Shown piece by piece: positions 17,201-20,000 of a DNA stretch of 20,000 nt. The translations under genes were made by a program, and so were the position numbers. The notes under the pieces were generated by a model. That model saw nothing but the letters and a program-made list of their open reading frames with translations, ran no database searches and was not told where the DNA came from. Origin of the DNA: an uncultured virus (IMG/VR IMGVR_UViG_3300024259_000022) (taxonomy: Duplodnaviria > Heunggongvirae > Uroviricota > Caudoviricetes). Each line of letters opens with the position of its first letter. Position 1 is the first letter of the stretch. The DNA lies in the IMG/VR virus record IMGVR_UViG_3300024259_000022. The stretch is one strand, 5' to 3'.

Positions 17201-18055
17201 CATCTCCGCATATTTTTTTATAACTGCTTCATTATCTCCTGTGTTCCTTAACCTGAGTCCTCCATTTTTTATTCTACCAACAGTGCCATCTCCAACATGA
17301 CATCCAATAAACCATGCGATATTAGATAAATTTTCATCAAATAATAAGTAGTCTTTATTTTCTTGAGATGGTTTTATACAGATATCTCCCTCTTGAAGGT
17401 TTTCACCTTTCTTATATGTATAATTATCTACATAGGTTAAGATCGGATGCTTTTTACTAGTTTTTAAAATACTTCCATTTGAAAAAGATATCTGAATCCT
17501 ATCTTCTTTATCTACTTGAGTAGTGAAAATATCTATTACTTTTTTATACTCAGATATCTTATTCTTATTATTAAAAGATAAAATATAGTCTCCTATCTGA
17601 ACATTTTTAATAGAAATAAGCCCCTTATCCCTAATATTGACCATTGAGTTTTCTTCTACACAACGCCTTTTCATCAGTTGAACTAATTGCTGATCAGTAT
17701 AGCAAATTCCCCCATAACTATCGTGAGGAGGCTCTATCGAAAAACAATTACCTGAGCTTTGGACGTGATAAGGATTTCCTATCGCACTCATCGGAGACCC
17801 TTGTGGAATTATATATTTGAAATGATCTATCAAATCAAAAATCTCATCTTCTGACATAGGGTTGTCATATTTTGATTCAATCCTAGCAAACTCCTTAGAT
17901 AATCTTCTGTGCATCTGTGTTGGAGTTGCTTCTAATAAAACACCCTCATTGTCTCGAAGTGCATACTTGTCTAAAAATACTTTTGCTGGTAAATCTTCTC
18001 CCCCGAAGTAATCAATACTCATTTTCAGAGCATCGTCATAATTATAAACTGTCAT
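14300..18055 (-). CDS. nrdJ: Class II (adenosylcobalamin-dependent) ribonucleotide reductase, intein-containing
   Basis: PQGSP, GNCF, RRGA, NPCGE (thiyl Cys), SCRL, RRTGLGITG, SSGIEP, SISKTCN, KGFTIYRDGCR, and C-terminal Zn-ribbon CPEC...EGC..C.CG.SKC. ATG 18055 (GGAG SD) is preferred over GTG 18076. Confidence 0.95.
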   Translation of the reverse strand: MTVYNYDDALKMSIDYFGGEDLPAKVFLDKYALRDNEGVLLEATPTQMHRRLSKEFARIESKYDNPMSEDEIFDLIDHFKYIIPQGSPMSAIGNPYHVQSSGNCFSIEPPHDSYGGICYTDQQLVQLMKRRCVEENSMVNIRDKGLISIKNVQIGDYILSFNNKNKISEYKKVIDIFTTQVDKEDRIQISFSNGSILKTSKKHPILTYVDNYTYKKGENLQEGDICIKPSQENKDYLLFDENLSNIAWFIGCHVGDGTVGRIKNGGLRLRNTGDNEAVIKKYAEMSNLLTGSKAQYKISTRKDYKTKCWEYTNNKKSLDGVVNKYFDGMVGQKVYTVKVSEFIKENNLWIPFISGLIDADGHIRDYGTIDIAVCSQSLIDEISSFLSACGISYHSSVRYPKRKNEKSIYRIQIHSNRKVIDIFAKYMTHNVKKEKIRNAICREFSHKKFLSTDEKQNIIKKYEEILYPTNRYSDTKLTVIERGARNNLSSIIGLLKKDKNVGIGALNSFLNFNLISQAKHDEILQRIFVKKIEKDIESKKYIDIEVEGNNNFYAGNFGMINIHNCGVGLNLSTLRPKGQLVKNAAKTTDGIEVFMNRFSNTCREVAQKGRRGAEILLLNAHHPEIETFINSKRDKTKITGANISIQATDDFLSAAMKNKDYEQRWPVDSDDPSISHITSAKKIWDSFIDSSWESAEPGILFWDTVLKYSVSNNYGTIDKTFYDTACNPCGEIVMGADSCRLLAINVLSFVENKFESNARFNYTKFSEVVQKAQRMMDDMVDLEIELIERILNKIESDPEPDYIKEIEKQTWIKILETCKKGRRTGLGITGLGDTIAALNQRYGSETSIRTTERIYKSLCLNAYHSTCILAKERGSFPIFSHEIEKDNLFLSRIWKADPELYKLYKKYGRRNIALTTTPPAGSISVLAQVSSGIEPVFMVEYKRRKKINSNDEGVKVDFIDESGDSWQEFDVYHKGFKEWMEITGKVGVEASPYFKATSKDVDWIASVDIQAAAQKWICHSISKTCNLPKDATKELVEKVYKRAWKKECKGFTIYRDGCRTGVLVGKKELEEKNNYIVKTDAPKRPKRLMCDIFHVSVKKIPFFIIVGTLNKDPYEIFAGVNVNSNGDIVIPKSFKEAVVEKEKRGKYSLIDIEDNQNIIGSISQFIDEEQEAVTRLISSNLRHGCDVNFIVHQLEKTKGDLMSFSKAISRVLKKYIKEGSMVHGESCPECKGELRRAEGCISCTCGFSKCG
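16364..17662 (-). mobile_element. Intein (433 aa) with a LAGLIDADG homing endonuclease
   Basis: Begins CVEENSMV (C1), block B TSKKH, LAGLIDADG blocks WFIGCHVGDG and FISGLIDADG, block F YIDIEVEGNNNFYA, ends IHN before Cys+1. Removal restores QLMKRR-CGVGLNLSTLRPKG. Confidence 0.95.
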
Positions 18056-18121
18056 AAAACTCTCCGTTACATTCACAAATTAACACTTGTAAGAATATAA
18101 TAGAGTTTCTACAATCACTTT

Positions 18122-18859
18122 TCAACTAGTTAAAATTTTTACCAATTCTTCTCTATTATATTTCTTCTCACCCAAAAGAGCGACTGCTTCTTCTATCGTC
18201 TTTCTTTCAGAAAAAACTTTATTTGAGGAACAATTAATAATAGTTTTATGCTTACTGTTATTTTGTATGAATTGAAGCCCCTTGACACATGCGGGGAGTG
18301 TATGAGATCTATGCATTGGGTTACTACCGTAAAAATCTGTTTCCCCTTTTTTGTTATAACGACAATCCATCCCTACTAGAATAATAGGATTGCACCCAAG
18401 AGCATGAGCAAATTGATAAGCTATTACACCGCTACTGCCTCTGCCGTACAATTTAGAAATGTTATTAGTTAATTTTGGTTCTCTACCTTGAAGGAAGAAT
18501 GTATGGAACCCACCTTGAGTCTCAGAACCTTCTCTACAAAACTTTAAAGCCTCTGTTTCTAAGACTTTAACTCTTTCTTGAGACCATAGGGCTAAATCTT
18601 GCCACATTAGAATTGTAGGATCATATTTGAAAAATATTCTATTTAGTCCGATAGTAAAATAATTATCTAAAATAGACATATCTTCAATTTTATTTAAAGA
18701 AGGAGCATTCCCCAACAAAAAACAGGGAATGTCCTTCATTTTTCCTATCCAAGGAGATGGGTCAAGAGATTTAGATCTTCTTTGAGATTTTCTATTTCTC
18801 TTTACAGTACTAGGTCTTGCTCCAGCTCTCATAGCCTTTATTCTTTCAGCTCGACCCAT
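18122..18859 (-). CDS. DUF115/MptE-like (Maf/CstII-like) putative glycosyl- or nucleotidyl-transferase
   Basis: CFLLGNAPSL, TIGLNRIF, SSGVIAYQFAHALGCNPIILVGMD, IINCS. Basic N-terminal extension of about 35 aa. Confidence 0.75.
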   Translation of the reverse strand: MGRAERIKAMRAGARPSTVKRNRKSQRRSKSLDPSPWIGKMKDIPCFLLGNAPSLNKIEDMSILDNYFTIGLNRIFFKYDPTILMWQDLALWSQERVKVLETEALKFCREGSETQGGFHTFFLQGREPKLTNNISKLYGRGSSGVIAYQFAHALGCNPIILVGMDCRYNKKGETDFYGSNPMHRSHTLPACVKGLQFIQNNSKHKTIINCSSNKVFSERKTIEEAVALLGEKKYNREELVKILTS

Positions 18860-19435
18860 CTATTTGTTGCCCTTGATAAATTTACTCCAAGATTCAGGAA
18901 TCTTAACCTTAGGATCAACAAGTAGTCTACCTGAGTCTGGCTTCTTTGGCTTCCTGATCAACTTAAGACCTGCTTGCTCAGGAGTCCTGTCTGCCTTCAT
19001 CCTGTTGATATCTTTTGTGCAAACTACCATATTATCCCAAGAGTTTGTACCACCCTTAGAGCGAGGCTTAACGTGATCAATGTCGGCATCAACTTCTTTA
19101 AGCTTTTTGCCAGTATACTGACATCTATATCCATCACGAATGTAAATGTTCCTCTTTGTTAATCTTAAGTTTTTTCTAAATACCTTGTCGTATGTAGATA
19201 AAACAATGATTTCTGGAACTTCTATGTCACAAGAAGAGGTATAGAGAATACCATAAGGCTTTTCGGACACAGATCTCTCTGACCAATTTTCCCAATTGTA
19301 TACACTCCAGTCGTTAACATCAATAGCAGATGCTTTCCCTGCAAACAATAGAGTTATAGCTCTATGTGCTGGGACTACCCGAATAGGCAACCATACCTTA
19401 TTCAATACCATTATTCTCTTATTCAGTTCTGACAT
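18860..19435 (-). CDS. HNH endonuclease
   Basis: VLNK.W.PI, TKRNIYIRDGYRCQYTG, DIDHVKPRSKGG..SWDNMV, N..KADRTPEQAG. Confidence 0.9.
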   Translation of the reverse strand: MSELNKRIMVLNKVWLPIRVVPAHRAITLLFAGKASAIDVNDWSVYNWENWSERSVSEKPYGILYTSSCDIEVPEIIVLSTYDKVFRKNLRLTKRNIYIRDGYRCQYTGKKLKEVDADIDHVKPRSKGGTNSWDNMVVCTKDINRMKADRTPEQAGLKLIRKPKKPDSGRLLVDPKVKIPESWSKFIKGNK

Positions 19436-19940
19436 TGTTCAATTCCTTTAGAAAAACATTAACTTCCTTTATAAATTCTTCGTTATCATCAATTATATTT
19501 ATTTCTATCGTATTATCATACCTATTACAATTTTCTACTGTAATCCTTGCAATTGTTTTTGGATCAAGATTACCATCTCCTATACCCAAAGCACAAATAG
19601 CAACTGTTTGATACCCATCATCCACAACTTTTTCCAAAGCATTCTTTAAAGCTTTGTTTATTATATAAATCGAACTAAAATCGCTTTGCAACCTTTTTAT
19701 CACCGAATGATATATTCTTTGCACTTTCCTTCGATTTAGTCTTCCTGGCCCTGTAGAGAAGCAATCTCCTTCTCCTACAGTATTATTCGCAATATATTCC
19801 TTAGCTTCTTTAGAAATACCCGATAACCCTGATTTCAAGATCCTTGCAGGAACACCTCTGGTCATTACACCCTTCGTATTTGAAGGAATAATTATTACTT
19901 CTGTCTTAGGTTTACAAATATCGCCTAATATTGCTTTCAT
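19419..19940 (-). CDS. Macrodomain protein (ADP-ribose binding/processing), DarG/TARG1-like
   Basis: GDI, SNTKGVMTRGV, IYHSVIK, VAICALGIGDGNL. AGGA SD lies before ATG 19940, but the frame is also open to the window end, so an N-terminal extension is possible. Confidence 0.85.
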   Translation of the reverse strand: MKAILGDICKPKTEVIIIPSNTKGVMTRGVPARILKSGLSGISKEAKEYIANNTVGEGDCFSTGPGRLNRRKVQRIYHSVIKRLQSDFSSIYIINKALKNALEKVVDDGYQTVAICALGIGDGNLDPKTIARITVENCNRYDNTIEINIIDDNEEFIKEVNVFLKELNNVRTE

Positions 19941-20000
19941 GTAATATATCCTATTCTTTTCGCTTTGTCTACCATAATCTTCACTTTTTTCTACTTTTCT

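Noticed and set aside
18077..18121. Possible NrdR box or sigma-70 promoter upstream of nrdJ
   Set aside because: AT-rich gap with only a poor match to either consensus.
921..19162. Other short ORF-track calls nested in or antisense to long genes (e.g. 1290-1544, 3122-3310, 8815-9195, 14025-14273, 15316-15513, 18864-19162)
   Set aside because: They overlap well-supported minus-strand genes and have no recognisable motifs.
1..20000. Stop-codon reassignment, as seen in some large phages
   Set aside because: Long conserved genes are intact under code 11. TAG (6591, 14117, 18860) and TGA (18122) end genes at tight operon junctions.
1..20000. tRNA or other structured RNA genes
   Set aside because: Intergenic gaps are at most about 130 bp and are explained by terminators, promoter motifs and RBSs. 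No cloverleaf was seen.

Overview
AT-rich, densely coding segment with every credible gene on the minus strand. Its content is typical of a large (jumbo/huge-type) tailed dsDNA phage using the standard code 11. Read in the direction of transcription (right to left) it has two modules. (1) An accessory and nucleotide-metabolism block (19940->13664) holds a DarG/TARG1-like macrodomain, an HNH nuclease, a DUF115/MptE-like transferase, a class II ribonucleotide reductase NrdJ interrupted by a 433-aa LAGLIDADG intein, an unannotated 49-aa ORF and a dUTPase. It ends at an intrinsic terminator. (2) A putative morphogenesis block (13534->1) holds a TIGR03790-like protein, the terminase large subunit, many hypothetical proteins, a Lys-rich histone-like protein, DUF192, a DUF1617-like protein, a 773-aa WYL-domain protein and a partial ORF running off the window start. 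The main unexplained signals are an exactly spaced motif AAAGGR-N18-RAAT (sigma-H-like, probable late promoter) in four intergenic gaps, and a shared K-x-A/S motif with similar short N-terminal leaders across otherwise unrelated proteins, suggesting a capsid-targeting or protease-processing code. Also notable are an intein at an atypical KRR|CGVG site and a mini-gene flanked by 13-bp direct repeats. All family assignments come from motif recognition by eye; no searches were run.
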